DNA of 64,000 bases from Promethearchaeota archaeon (lineage in GTDB: Archaea > Asgardarchaeota > Lokiarchaeia > Sigyniarchaeales > SOKP01): NCBI GenBank assembly GCA_048938895.1, contig JBHLLU010000003.1:1-64000 (forward strand), in the 5' to 3' direction. Position 1 is the first letter of the stretch. Every line of letters begins with the position of its first letter. The notes below the pieces were generated by a model. It saw only the letters and a list, made by a program, of their open reading frames with translations, ran no database searches and was not told the origin of the DNA. A program made the translations under genes and the position numbers. Positions 19,357-29,870 of the stretch are shown here, one piece after another.

Positions 19357-20331
19357 TTATAATTTATTATCTTTCCAGAATTTACTAAGTTCTAAATGTT
19401 TTTTTATTATCCATGATTCCCAAAACCTATATACATCAAAAACTACTCCCTTTAATTTTTTCTTAGGGAAAAATAAATCCTTCCCCAGTAGTTTATCAAT
19501 AATTTTTTTCTCTGATAAATTTGTATCTTGAAAATATCTAAGAGCTTTATCAACAATTTCTTGGTTATTTCCAATCTTTTTTCTCATATACTCAAATGGA
19601 GTTAAATCAGGGTTTTTTATTATGTAAGAATGGCTTGAAGTTAAGAATTTTGCTTTTTGTAGGAATAATTTCTCAGCTAATTCGATATCTTTGATATACT
19701 GTGAAATCGAAGCTTCCTTAAATCCATACCACGGACCAAATCCCTCTACCTCTGGATTTGGTTTGTCAAATCCTAAACAACTAATATGGAATACATTTTC
19801 ATCAGGAAGCAAAAAACCAACATGAGCTTTAGAATGCCCCGAAAATGAAATTGTTTTAACGATACAATCTTCAAATTTAAGCATTTCCCCCGGTTTATAT
19901 GCACTGACATTCTTACACTTTTGATATCCATTTAATGAGGCAAATTCCCTGACCGTTTCATAATCTAATCCTTCATTGAAACCAAATCCTCGATAGAAAT
20001 TATTAAATTTTAACAAACAATTAGATTCAGGATAAGGAGCATGTATGATTGCTCCAATTTCTTCCCATGCATGAACGTGGCATGTATGGTCAAGATGACC
20101 ATGAGAACAAACATAATCTGAAATAGGACCATAATAGTGGTTTAATTCATTAACATATTTTTGCTCAATATTTAAATCAAGTGATATGGTATTTTTATTT
20201 CGTCTTTTCTGGGGTAAAATGAGAAGTCCATCACAACATGAGAAAAAAAAAGGATGTTTAATTTGATGAACTAGTAAAATATCTTCAGTTACTTTTCTTA
20301 TCTCAAGATTTTCTATTTTGGGTAAATTCAT
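19357..20331 (-). CDS. Metallo-beta-lactamase-fold hydrolase
   Basis: SHGHLDH motif, GHSKAH, TSSH. Confidence 0.82.
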   Translation of the reverse strand: MNLPKIENLEIRKVTEDILLVHQIKHPFFFSCCDGLLILPQKRRNKNTISLDLNIEQKYVNELNHYYGPISDYVCSHGHLDHTCHVHAWEEIGAIIHAPYPESNCLLKFNNFYRGFGFNEGLDYETVREFASLNGYQKCKNVSAYKPGEMLKFEDCIVKTISFSGHSKAHVGFLLPDENVFHISCLGFDKPNPEVEGFGPWYGFKEASISQYIKDIELAEKLFLQKAKFLTSSHSYIIKNPDLTPFEYMRKKIGNNQEIVDKALRYFQDTNLSEKKIIDKLLGKDLFFPKKKLKGVVFDVYRFWESWIIKKHLELSKFWKDNKL

Positions 20332-20478
20332 TAATAATGATGGGTAATTTTTTTGAAAATTTGCGATAAAAAATAAAGAAGAACTTAATAATTTACCCTA
20401 AATCTTATTTCATTTATTCAAAGACTAATTAATTACAAATAAAATAATGTAATAATAAAAAAACAAGATAAAGGGAGA

Positions 20479-21261
20479 TTATAAACCTATTGGGCCCTGA
20501 TTATAAATTTCATATGCCTCATCAACGGAAATACTCTCATGTACTATCGATCTGACAGCTTTTATCATCCCAATTGGTTTATCTGATTGGAAGATATTTC
20601 TTCCCATATCTACACCAACAGCCCCTTTATCAATCGCATTTTTTGCCATCTCTAGAGCTTCTTTTTCAGGAATTTTTTTCCCACCTGCTATTACAATAGG
20701 TACAGGACATATACTTGTTACATTCTCAAAATTTTCGCAATAATATGTCTTAACAAATGTAGCTCCCATTTCTGCTGCCATTCTACTTGCCATTCCTAAA
20801 TACCTATCGTCCCTAACCATTTCTCTTCCAACAGCTGTGACAGCTAGTGTTGGAATACCATACTCTTGCCCCCAATTCACAAGTTTGGATAAATTCATCA
20901 GACTCTGTTTTTCAAATTCCCCACCTACAAAAATTGAACAAGTTATCGCAGAAACATTCAATCTTATAGCATCTTCTATAGTTACATTAATTTCTTCATT
21001 TGAAAGTTCTTTAAGCATACTAGCTCCCGCTGAAACTCTTAGAACGATTGGAATATCTATATTTGGATCGACACAGCTTCTCAACATCCCGCGTGTGAGC
21101 ATCAAGGCATCAGCATACTCAAATAAGGGGTTCAAATCACCAAAACATTTTAATGTTCCGGGTATGTTCCCAAAATACCCATGATCTACAGCTAGCATTA
21201 CACAATGTCCTGATTTTGGTTTTATTATACGTGAAAGTCTATTTTGCATTCCATAATCCAT
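20479..21261 (-). CDS. lsrF: LsrF-like class I aldolase/thiolase (DhnA family)
   Basis: GMQNRLSRII, MLAVDHGYF, VKTYYC, PIVIAGGKK, GVDMGRNIFQS. Confidence 0.88.
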   Translation of the reverse strand: MDYGMQNRLSRIIKPKSGHCVMLAVDHGYFGNIPGTLKCFGDLNPLFEYADALMLTRGMLRSCVDPNIDIPIVLRVSAGASMLKELSNEEINVTIEDAIRLNVSAITCSIFVGGEFEKQSLMNLSKLVNWGQEYGIPTLAVTAVGREMVRDDRYLGMASRMAAEMGATFVKTYYCENFENVTSICPVPIVIAGGKKIPEKEALEMAKNAIDKGAVGVDMGRNIFQSDKPIGMIKAVRSIVHESISVDEAYEIYNQGPIGL

Positions 21262-21374
21262 CTTACTTCACTTCCATATGTTAGTTTTGAGTTAATTTAA
21301 CTTAATAAAATAATTTAAGATTGTTATTTTACTTTTACTAAATTTAAGAGATCAAAAAATAATATTAAAAGACG

Positions 21375-22223
21375 TTAAATAATACTTAAAAATTCTCCGA
21401 CTCTGCTTTTTATTTTTGAAGCAACAGATTTGGAGATGTTTCTTTTAATGTATTCTCTAATTAAATTTAAGCGATAATTACTTATTGGTTTTATTTTTAA
21501 ATCTTTAGAGAGCTGTTCTATTAAAACATCCTCATAAATATCTTTCACACCTTGAAGAATATAGATTGCTTGGTTTGCTTCAGTAATCAATCTTCCAATA
21601 TCTTGTTGCAGGAGTTTTAACTGTTCTTGCTCATCAATTATTTCTAAAGCACGTCTTACTATTTCTTCTTCAAACTTCATTTTCACATTCCAAGGTGTTT
21701 GAAAAATGTGTTGATGAGTATCCATTATTAATGCATCTTTGTCTTTAATATTCAACTTATTCAACACTTGTTCATCAAGTAAATAGATGTTCTTATTCCC
21801 TTTAAGATTCTCTGGTAGTATCATATCACCCACATTATTAAGAATTTCCTCATCATATTCAAAATCCGTACTTTTCATAATATAAGCAGGAAAATTAAAA
21901 ACTTTCGCATGGATTAAACTAAATATACCATAGATCCCAAAAATCTGTATTAAATTTCTAAAATTAAGTCTTCTTTCAACTTCTCTCTCAGCTTCAGAAG
22001 TCGTTACACCCATTTGGATATCTATTTTTTCATATCCTCTCACAATACCCTTTGTGTCAACAAAAACTATAAATTGGTGATTAGGACAAACAGCATTCAC
22101 AGGAACCTGAATCTTAATTGTACCAAACTTCTTTTGTGAGAATATGCCTACGGGGATATTGATACTTTTTTTTACTCCACAAACCGGGCATCCTACTTCA
22201 AGGCTTTTGAAGGTATCACTCAT
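21375..22223 (-). CDS. Hypothetical protein with N-terminal zinc ribbon (Asgard-type family)
   Basis: CPVC...CPNH, FVDTKGIVRGYEKID; helical C-terminus. Confidence 0.65.
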   Translation of the reverse strand: MSDTFKSLEVGCPVCGVKKSINIPVGIFSQKKFGTIKIQVPVNAVCPNHQFIVFVDTKGIVRGYEKIDIQMGVTTSEAEREVERRLNFRNLIQIFGIYGIFSLIHAKVFNFPAYIMKSTDFEYDEEILNNVGDMILPENLKGNKNIYLLDEQVLNKLNIKDKDALIMDTHQHIFQTPWNVKMKFEEEIVRRALEIIDEQEQLKLLQQDIGRLITEANQAIYILQGVKDIYEDVLIEQLSKDLKIKPISNYRLNLIREYIKRNISKSVASKIKSRVGEFLSII

Positions 22224-22291
22224 AGTATTCTATATCATATTTTATAGTACTAATAATAATACAATTAACCTACATAAAAATTTTCACTCAT

Positions 22292-23938
22292 TTAAATGTA
22301 GTTCTTACAGATTGGTTGTCCTGATAATGAACCTGTAAAAACTCCCCCATCAAGGGCGAGTACACCATTTATAAAAACATATTCAACCCCTTCAGAATAT
22401 AATCTAGGATTTTCATAAGTTGCTTTATCGATTATCTTCTTAAAATCAAAAATTGTAATATCAGCCGAGTTTTCTTCCCTCAATAGTCCACGATATTTTA
22501 ACCCTAATTTTTGGGCAGGATATGACGTCATTCTCCTTATCGCATCCTCCAAAGTGAGTAATTTCTTTTCTCTTACATATTTTCCTAATACCTGTGTAAA
22601 GCAACCATTGGCATATGGATTAGGAAAATAATTTGGATCATCTTCAGGAATTATTCTCCCATCGGAAGCAAACATTGTAAGGGGATGTGTAATAGTTATT
22701 ATGTTTTCTTCCTCTGTCATAGAAAGATATGTACCGTTTACAGAACCCCCTTGTTCAATCAAGACGTCAATAATGATTTGTCTGGGATCTTCCTCTTTTT
22801 CTAATGCATTTTGATAAATTGTTTTACCATTATATAATTTACTTCCAGGGGCATTTATGTATACTTTTTTCCAATCTCTAGGATCATTAATCTTTAAGAA
22901 GCTCTTACCAATTAAGTCTATCTCCCTATATATTTTCTCCTTTAAAGAAACATCAGTTTTAGATTTTTTCAATGTTTCTATTGCCCCAGGTATGTTTATT
23001 TTGTTATCTGAGAGATAAACCCATGGCGGAACTAATACGAATAAAAATGTAGAATTAGAAGCATGAGGAAAAACATCAAAGGTGACATCTAAGTTTGAAA
23101 TTCGAGCTTTTTCTACATGTTTATACGCTTTTTTTATATCTCCCGGCCAAAATCCAAATGGCTTAAAGTGATTAATTTCAACTGATATTCCTGTTTTAGC
23201 TATCTTAATCGCTTCTTTTGTAGCTTTTACAAGTCCACCGGGAAAACCTCTAAAATGAGTAGTATATATTCCATTATATTTTTTAACAACTTTACAGAGT
23301 TCAATTATCTCATCAGTCTTTGCAAATGATCCAGGAGGATAATCTAAACCAGTCGACATACCAAAAGCGCCCATCTTCAATTCTTCTTCAAGTATATCCT
23401 TCATCTCCTTCATCTCATTTTCAGTTGGTGATCGATTTTCTAGCCCTAACGTATACATACGTAATGTCGAATGCCCAATTAAGGGGATTAGATTTATAGG
23501 GATCCCTTTCTTCTCTAATCTTTCCAGATATTCATTTAGTGTATTAAATTGAAATTGAGTGTCCATCATAGAAAGCATTGATTTCATTTGTTCGCTTGCT
23601 TTATCATCCTTAGGTCTATTGGGATTTATCGGTGTCATAGAAAATCCACAATTTCCTACGACATGGGTGGTGACACCTTGAGAGATTACATTTTCCCCTC
23701 GACTAAAAAGAACGGTTAAGTCTGAATGGGTGTGAATATCTATAAAGCCTGGTGATACAATAAAATTTGAAGCATTAATTACTCTGTCTGTTGTCTTATC
23801 TGATATATTATGAGAAATTTTTTTGATTTTTCCATTCTCAATTAAGATATCTCCTCTATACCATGGATTCCCTGTACCATCTATAATTTTCCCTTCCTTT
23901 ATTAAGAATTTTCCTTCTAAGGATGAAATTTTATTCAT
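22292..23938 (-). CDS. N-acyl-D-amino-acid deacylase (D-aminoacylase), amidohydrolase superfamily
   Basis: PGFIDIHTHSD, VGNCGFS, GMSTGLDYPPG, AIRRMTSYPA. Confidence 0.92.
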   Translation of the reverse strand: MNKISSLEGKFLIKEGKIIDGTGNPWYRGDILIENGKIKKISHNISDKTTDRVINASNFIVSPGFIDIHTHSDLTVLFSRGENVISQGVTTHVVGNCGFSMTPINPNRPKDDKASEQMKSMLSMMDTQFQFNTLNEYLERLEKKGIPINLIPLIGHSTLRMYTLGLENRSPTENEMKEMKDILEEELKMGAFGMSTGLDYPPGSFAKTDEIIELCKVVKKYNGIYTTHFRGFPGGLVKATKEAIKIAKTGISVEINHFKPFGFWPGDIKKAYKHVEKARISNLDVTFDVFPHASNSTFLFVLVPPWVYLSDNKINIPGAIETLKKSKTDVSLKEKIYREIDLIGKSFLKINDPRDWKKVYINAPGSKLYNGKTIYQNALEKEEDPRQIIIDVLIEQGGSVNGTYLSMTEEENIITITHPLTMFASDGRIIPEDDPNYFPNPYANGCFTQVLGKYVREKKLLTLEDAIRRMTSYPAQKLGLKYRGLLREENSADITIFDFKKIIDKATYENPRLYSEGVEYVFINGVLALDGGVFTGSLSGQPICKNYI

Positions 23939-24057
23939 TATATCAGTTCTCCAATTTTAATATTATTAGGTTCTATTTTTTTGTTTATAAATATTCTATA
24001 AACTTTTATAACTTTTAACATTGAATAAATACTTAGTCCACATTCATAGTGTAGTAA

Positions 24058-25221
24058 ATGATATATTCTGAACCAAAAGAAATCGGGAATGTTTTAATAA
24101 AAAACCGATTTGTTCGATCTGCGACCTATAGAAGGATGGCAAAAGAAAATGGTGAGGTATCAGAAGAACTTTTAAAGACTTATAAAGCGTTAGCTGAGGG
24201 GGGAGTTGGGTTAATAATAACAGGCTATGCTTATGTAGATGAGAAAGGCAAATCTTTTCCTATGCAATTAGGTGCCGATAGGGATGATCTTATTCCCGGA
24301 TTGCAAAAGATCTCTAAGATTATCCATGAAAATGGTGAAAACTGCAAAGTTTTCTTTCAAATCGCTCATTGTGGAAGGCAATCATATTTTGCAGACGATA
24401 TATTTGCACCTTCAGCGGTTCTTGAACCAATAACAAACAGGATGCCTAGAACTATGACACTTGAAGAAATAGAAGTAACTGTGGATCAATTTGCTCAAGC
24501 TTCCAGAAGAGCAATGGAAGCTGGTTTCGATGGTGTTCAATTGCATTCTGCTCATGGATATCTCTTAAGTAGCTTTTTATCTCCATACACAAATAGGAGA
24601 GAAGATAATTATGGTGGATCTATAGCGAATAGGGTAAGAATTTTTGAAAATATATATAGAGAAACGAAAAAATTGACTGGAAAGGATTTTCCAATCTCGA
24701 TAAAAATGAATGCTGTTGATAATTTAAAAGGAGGTCTTGAAATACAAGATTCTAAAAAAATTGCTCAAGAGCTTGAAAAAATTGGATATGCTTCCTTAGA
24801 AATAAGTGGAGCAATGTGGGAGGTTCTCATGCGAAATAAGGATGAGCTTGGTTGGCAACCAGTGATGATCCCTGAAAGTCGTATAAATATTAATACTAAG
24901 GATAAAGAGGCTTACCATAAAACATATTCAAAAGAGATTAAGGAATGTACTAATATCCCAATCTTGTTAGTGGGAGGAATAAAATCTTTAGACGTAATTG
25001 AAAATTTGTTATCTCAGGGGTTTGCTGATTTTGTAGCATTAAGTAGACCACTTATCCGAGAACCTGATCTACCCAATAAGTGGTTAAAAGGCGTCGGAGA
25101 AACGACATGCAAATGTATCTCTTGCAACGGATGTATAGGAGCAGGGATGTCTGGTTCAATTAATTGTACTCAAGAAAAAATAAAAAAGAAAAAAATGAAA
25201 ATTAAAAACTTACATCATTGA
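24058..25221 (+). CDS. NADH:flavin oxidoreductase (Old Yellow Enzyme family) with C-terminal Cys motif
   Basis: KNRFVRSAT, AGFDGVQLHSAHGYLLSSFLSP, CISCNGC. Confidence 0.93.
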   Translation: MIYSEPKEIGNVLIKNRFVRSATYRRMAKENGEVSEELLKTYKALAEGGVGLIITGYAYVDEKGKSFPMQLGADRDDLIPGLQKISKIIHENGENCKVFFQIAHCGRQSYFADDIFAPSAVLEPITNRMPRTMTLEEIEVTVDQFAQASRRAMEAGFDGVQLHSAHGYLLSSFLSPYTNRREDNYGGSIANRVRIFENIYRETKKLTGKDFPISIKMNAVDNLKGGLEIQDSKKIAQELEKIGYASLEISGAMWEVLMRNKDELGWQPVMIPESRININTKDKEAYHKTYSKEIKECTNIPILLVGGIKSLDVIENLLSQGFADFVALSRPLIREPDLPNKWLKGVGETTCKCISCNGCIGAGMSGSINCTQEKIKKKKMKIKNLHH

Positions 25222-27810
25222 TACTTCTTGTCGGTTATTTAAACTCAATAAGTAAGTTAAAAACATTATAAGTATCATTGGTACAACGCCTATACCGAAA
25301 ATAAAGTATATAGTTAAATTTGCAATATTGGGAAATAAACCCCTTAAAAAAATTTGCCCCACTGAATCAATTAAATAATGTGCAACCATACATGGTAATA
25401 AACTCTTAGTTTTAGTATACATATAAGCAAAAGAAATACCCAAACAGCTGGCATATATAACTTGCATAGATACAGAATATAAATCTGGATTCCCAAGTAG
25501 GTTGATATAATGAAATAATCCAAAAAGTACGCCATTAATGATAACCGAAGTTGATTGTGAATATTTCTTTAATTGGAGATTTAAAATAACCCCTCTAAAT
25601 GAGATCTCTTCCCATATTCCAGGCCTTAGCATAAAGATAAAGAGAAACCAACCAAAACCAGTAGAAATACTAGGCCTACTAAAAACAACCTCAGGATCAA
25701 AAATCCATCTTCCAAGTAAACTTGCAAACAATGCCGTGGAAAGACCTAATATTACTAGACTTCCAATCGCAAGTATGAGGTTTCGCCAAAGAGGTTTAAC
25801 TTTACTGAGTCCTATTGTTTGAGAAAATTGACTGAAATTTTCCTTTTTAGGGAGTTTAAGTCCAATGGGGATGACTACAAGCCATAGGATAAATAACAAC
25901 CCAAAATCAATAATAAAAGTAGCAAATAGGTAACCAATAAATGAAAAATTTTCTAATAATGGATATAAGATACTAAGAATAGGGCTAGCTAAATACATGA
26001 AATAAAAATACAACACTAATAAAGCAATTGTAGCAAAATTAGTGTGTTCCCTTAAGTACTCGCCCGTGATGTAATCGGGTATTTTTTTCTCTTTTGGAAA
26101 CATCTTTGTAAATGTAAATATTAGCATCGCTAATCCAATTAAACCGATTGTAAGTAGGGTTAACATTGCGTTAAACACCCCCATAGTAAAAATCCATATA
26201 CTCCCAAAATATAATGTGCTGAAATATAGACCAACCTCAATGAAGATCATCAATATCCATTTCGCTATTTTGTTTTCCTTATGTAGTTCCTCAAGAATAT
26301 ATTTATATTTCATTTTTCCAAAGAAATGGATCTTCAGTTCAAACATAACTAGCAGTAAACTCCAGGCTATTGGTAAGGTAACCGCTAGTAAAGTAATAAC
26401 CATAATTGACCCTGTTAATATAGTCAGAATTATTGACGTGAAAGTGAGAGAAATACCTTGAATTGAAAACATTAATATAATTTTAGCCTTAGCTTGGTCA
26501 CGAGGAATCATAGGTAATGATGCCACAACAGAAGACCCTGATTCTTCAAGATTTAGTAAACCTACAATTAACATTGGGGGTATAAAGAGGTAGATACCTA
26601 GTATACTAGACCATAAAATCAAAATTCCTACTGTACCAGTAACCTCAGTGACGATGACCCCTTGCATTGAAAATATTAATATCAATGGATAAAATATTGG
26701 GAAAAATAGAAACATAAATGATTGCATATCTCGAGTTGCAGATACCAGATCTTTCCTTATATATGCCAATATGGTTGACTCTTGTTTAATGTCTACTTCA
26801 ACATCTTTTTTCTTTGTGTCACCAACAATTATCTCTGTAGAAATAGTTGTACGTAATGCTCGTTGAGCTAACTTAAAAACGCCAAACGTAATGAATATGA
26901 ATATTATTAATCCAATAACTGTACTAAAATATAATTCTAAAGGAAATTGATTTGGCATTGTACTTGAGGCAATAAAGTATGAAGGGGCAAAAAAAAGCGG
27001 GATTAAACTCAAAATAATATTTAAATTAGTAGGAGGTTCAGATGTTTCGAATCCTGTAAGAAGTGTATCAAATGTCTGAAAACCAAAGCTAAATATCAGT
27101 CCCGAACCGAAAGCCATTATAAAATAACCAAGCATAGTTACTGTCCTCAATAAATTTACTCTTTTCGATTTACCTTTTGATTCTGAGAAGATAAAACTCA
27201 ATTTCTCCCCAATAATAATCAGTAAACTGAAATTGAAAATGGTATTCAGGGTAGATACTAACAAGGAGGACAGAAAAATGATAATATTCTGAGTCCCAAT
27301 CAGCATGATAATGGGGAATGCAAGGATTAGTATTACCAATGGAACATCAATATTCCGAAAAAGTGTCATGAAACCAATTTTTCTAATTTGTTTCTTAGAG
27401 AATGGAAGAGTTTGCAGCCATTTGAATGAATTTCCTGACATAAAAGAGCTTGTTGAAACCATACCAAACATAATTGTATATAACAGTGTCATCCCAAAGT
27501 AAATTACAAACAGATAACTAGATAAAAACGAAATTGAGTTTATGGTATAAGAGGAACTTTCACTACTAAAACCTAGATAGGTAATTAATGGTATTATAGG
27601 TATAAAAACAAGAAGGAACGAAAAAATAACTTTAAGCGCTAAAAATTGGTGATTAATGTAATTTTTATTTTTTTTAAATTTTTCAATAAGTCTAGATTGG
27701 TGAGCTCCTGCGCTAGCAATCTGACCATCCATTAAAATTTCGTGAGTTGTAAATTTAGCTATAGAATAGTAGGATTTTTGAGTATCTCTGTCCATATCTA
27801 CAACCCTCAT
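25210..27810 (-). CDS. ABC exporter permease fused to a C-terminal CPBP (CAAX/Abi) intramembrane metalloprotease
   Basis: Multi-TM permease (WLQTLPFS, AYIRKDL); C-terminal EEISFRG, FGLFH, AHYLID; overlaps the ABC ATPase gene by 4 bp. Confidence 0.8.
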   Translation of the reverse strand: MRVVDMDRDTQKSYYSIAKFTTHEILMDGQIASAGAHQSRLIEKFKKNKNYINHQFLALKVIFSFLLVFIPIIPLITYLGFSSESSSYTINSISFLSSYLFVIYFGMTLLYTIMFGMVSTSSFMSGNSFKWLQTLPFSKKQIRKIGFMTLFRNIDVPLVILILAFPIIMLIGTQNIIIFLSSLLVSTLNTIFNFSLLIIIGEKLSFIFSESKGKSKRVNLLRTVTMLGYFIMAFGSGLIFSFGFQTFDTLLTGFETSEPPTNLNIILSLIPLFFAPSYFIASSTMPNQFPLELYFSTVIGLIIFIFITFGVFKLAQRALRTTISTEIIVGDTKKKDVEVDIKQESTILAYIRKDLVSATRDMQSFMFLFFPIFYPLILIFSMQGVIVTEVTGTVGILILWSSILGIYLFIPPMLIVGLLNLEESGSSVVASLPMIPRDQAKAKIILMFSIQGISLTFTSIILTILTGSIMVITLLAVTLPIAWSLLLVMFELKIHFFGKMKYKYILEELHKENKIAKWILMIFIEVGLYFSTLYFGSIWIFTMGVFNAMLTLLTIGLIGLAMLIFTFTKMFPKEKKIPDYITGEYLREHTNFATIALLVLYFYFMYLASPILSILYPLLENFSFIGYLFATFIIDFGLLFILWLVVIPIGLKLPKKENFSQFSQTIGLSKVKPLWRNLILAIGSLVILGLSTALFASLLGRWIFDPEVVFSRPSISTGFGWFLFIFMLRPGIWEEISFRGVILNLQLKKYSQSTSVIINGVLFGLFHYINLLGNPDLYSVSMQVIYASCLGISFAYMYTKTKSLLPCMVAHYLIDSVGQIFLRGLFPNIANLTIYFIFGIGVVPMILIMFLTYLLSLNNRQEVSMM

Positions 27811-28604
27811 GAGTTTTTTACCTTAAAAGAAGCTCTCAACTTTTGTACTATCTCATTGACTGATGTATCTTGCTCTGTCAATCTTAAAAAGACATCTTCT
27901 AAGCTGGCTCCAATTTTATCTGCCTGTTTACGAAGTTCTTCGATGGTTCCAATTCCTACCATTTTTCCTTTACTAATTATACCTATTCGATCACATAATT
28001 CTTGAGCTATCTCCATAATATGAGTGGAAAAAAGAACGGTACCCCCACGCTGAGTGTGGAGCTCTAAAATAGATTTAAAAACTCTTACAGATTTAGCATC
28101 AAGTCCTGCTATTGGTTCATCTAAGATAAGTAAATCAGGTTCATGGAGTATAGCTGCTATAATTTGCAATTTCTGCTTATTTCCATGAGATAATGTAGCA
28201 ATTAATTGATCATAATATTCAATAGCCTCTAGACTTTCCAAATATTCTTTAGCGCGATTTGTTGTGATTTCTTCATCTAATCCTCTAATCGAAGCAATAA
28301 AATTAAATAAGTCTTTGGGTGTTAAGGATTTAAAAATTAGTGGTTCTTCACTTACGTATCCTATACGACGTTTAATTTCAACCTCATTTCGTTCTGGATT
28401 TAATCCAAATACACTCATTTCACCTTCATTCGGTTCAAGTAAACCTAAAAGGAGCTTAATCGTTGTTGTTTTTCCTGCACCATTAGGACCTAATAATCCA
28501 AACACTTCTCCTTGACAAACTCCAAATGAAATATCATTTACAGCTTTAACGTCACCAAAGAATTTCTTTAATCCTTTAATTGTAATTATTTCGTTAATAG
28601 ACAT
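27807..28604 (-). CDS. ABC-2 type transporter ATP-binding protein
   Basis: GPNGAGKTT, LSHGNKQK, LDEP, STH. Confidence 0.95.
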   Translation of the reverse strand: MSINEIITIKGLKKFFGDVKAVNDISFGVCQGEVFGLLGPNGAGKTTTIKLLLGLLEPNEGEMSVFGLNPERNEVEIKRRIGYVSEEPLIFKSLTPKDLFNFIASIRGLDEEITTNRAKEYLESLEAIEYYDQLIATLSHGNKQKLQIIAAILHEPDLLILDEPIAGLDAKSVRVFKSILELHTQRGGTVLFSTHIMEIAQELCDRIGIISKGKMVGIGTIEELRKQADKIGASLEDVFLRLTEQDTSVNEIVQKLRASFKVKNS

Positions 28605-28821
28605 AGTTAATCTTTAAAATGGTTCTTTTCTATAAATTTTATTTGATATAAATTTCATATATTTGTATATATATTTCCATATACTACTGTATTTAAATGT
28701 TGTGAATACTCGCAGATTTATGACTAATAATGGTCTATCCATAATTTATGGATATATAATAATTATATACTGATATATATTATCGTAAAAATCGCTTATC
28801 TTGAACTTTATTATTAAGATT

Positions 28822-29760
28822 TTAGGATTCTGTTGTTTGGTTTACAATAACAATTATAGAGATAATAACTAATATTACTCCTATTAAATGAAAAATGGTG
28901 AATCTCTCTCCTAGAATAATACTGGCAAATATCGCTGATGTTATTGGTGTAGGAGCAAATATAATGCTTGCTTTAGACACATCTAAATATGAAAGAGTTT
29001 TATACCAACATACTAAACCCGAACCATACACAGCTCCCATCGTCAGGTAAAACAGCATGTTTTTTGGTTCAAAAAATATTTTATAGTCTATAGGAAAAAA
29101 AATGAAATATGTAAGGAGTAATATAAACCCAGATAAAATATTTCTAATAAAAACCATTTGAATTGGAGTTGCCTCTTTCCTATTAAAAATGGGTTTTGTT
29201 AATGTATGCCCGAACATCCATAGGAAAGATATCATTAACATTATTAAAACTCCTATTAAGATAGTAATATTAAAGCTAATAAGTGAAAAAAACTGTGTAA
29301 TTCCAATAGCTAAACCTAAAAATAAAACAATTGAAAATATTAATTGTAATTTTGTTATCTTTTCTTTAAGAATCAAATATCCTAAAATCATTGAGAAAAA
29401 CACTGTTGTTTTTTGAGTTAAAGAACCATTTATTGCGCCTGCCATATCATAAGCAACAAAAAAAAATATTTGATTTATCCCGAAAATAAATCCAATAAAT
29501 ATCAATAACCAGATATTATTTTTCCAATCTTTTAGTACAGATTTTATTGTATATTCTTCAAGAGGATTAACTTTTTTATTTTTTATTAGCTCTATTAAAA
29601 TAAGGGGGAGGAAAACCAATGCTTCTACTAAACAAGTCATAGTAGCAGAGATATGCGCATTAACCATCGAGGGTCTTGAGATCGCTATAACCGATTGTAA
29701 TCCAACAAATATAACCCCAATAGTTCCGAAAATAAGTCCTTTTTTCGTATTATTAACCAA
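28822..29760 (-). CDS. DMT/EamA-family transporter
   Basis: About 10 TM segments in two repeats (ILKEKIT, ILGERFT). Confidence 0.88.
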   Translation of the reverse strand: MVNNTKKGLIFGTIGVIFVGLQSVIAISRPSMVNAHISATMTCLVEALVFLPLILIELIKNKKVNPLEEYTIKSVLKDWKNNIWLLIFIGFIFGINQIFFFVAYDMAGAINGSLTQKTTVFFSMILGYLILKEKITKLQLIFSIVLFLGLAIGITQFFSLISFNITILIGVLIMLMISFLWMFGHTLTKPIFNRKEATPIQMVFIRNILSGFILLLTYFIFFPIDYKIFFEPKNMLFYLTMGAVYGSGLVCWYKTLSYLDVSKASIIFAPTPITSAIFASIILGERFTIFHLIGVILVIISIIVIVNQTTES

Positions 29761-29870
29761 GATGATTATGAAAACAGTAGAGTAATTAAAAAATTTTAGA
29801 ATCTAAAATATTAAATCAAATAGGGCGTTTGACAAATAAGTATATATATAAACATTGAATAGAGTGTTTT

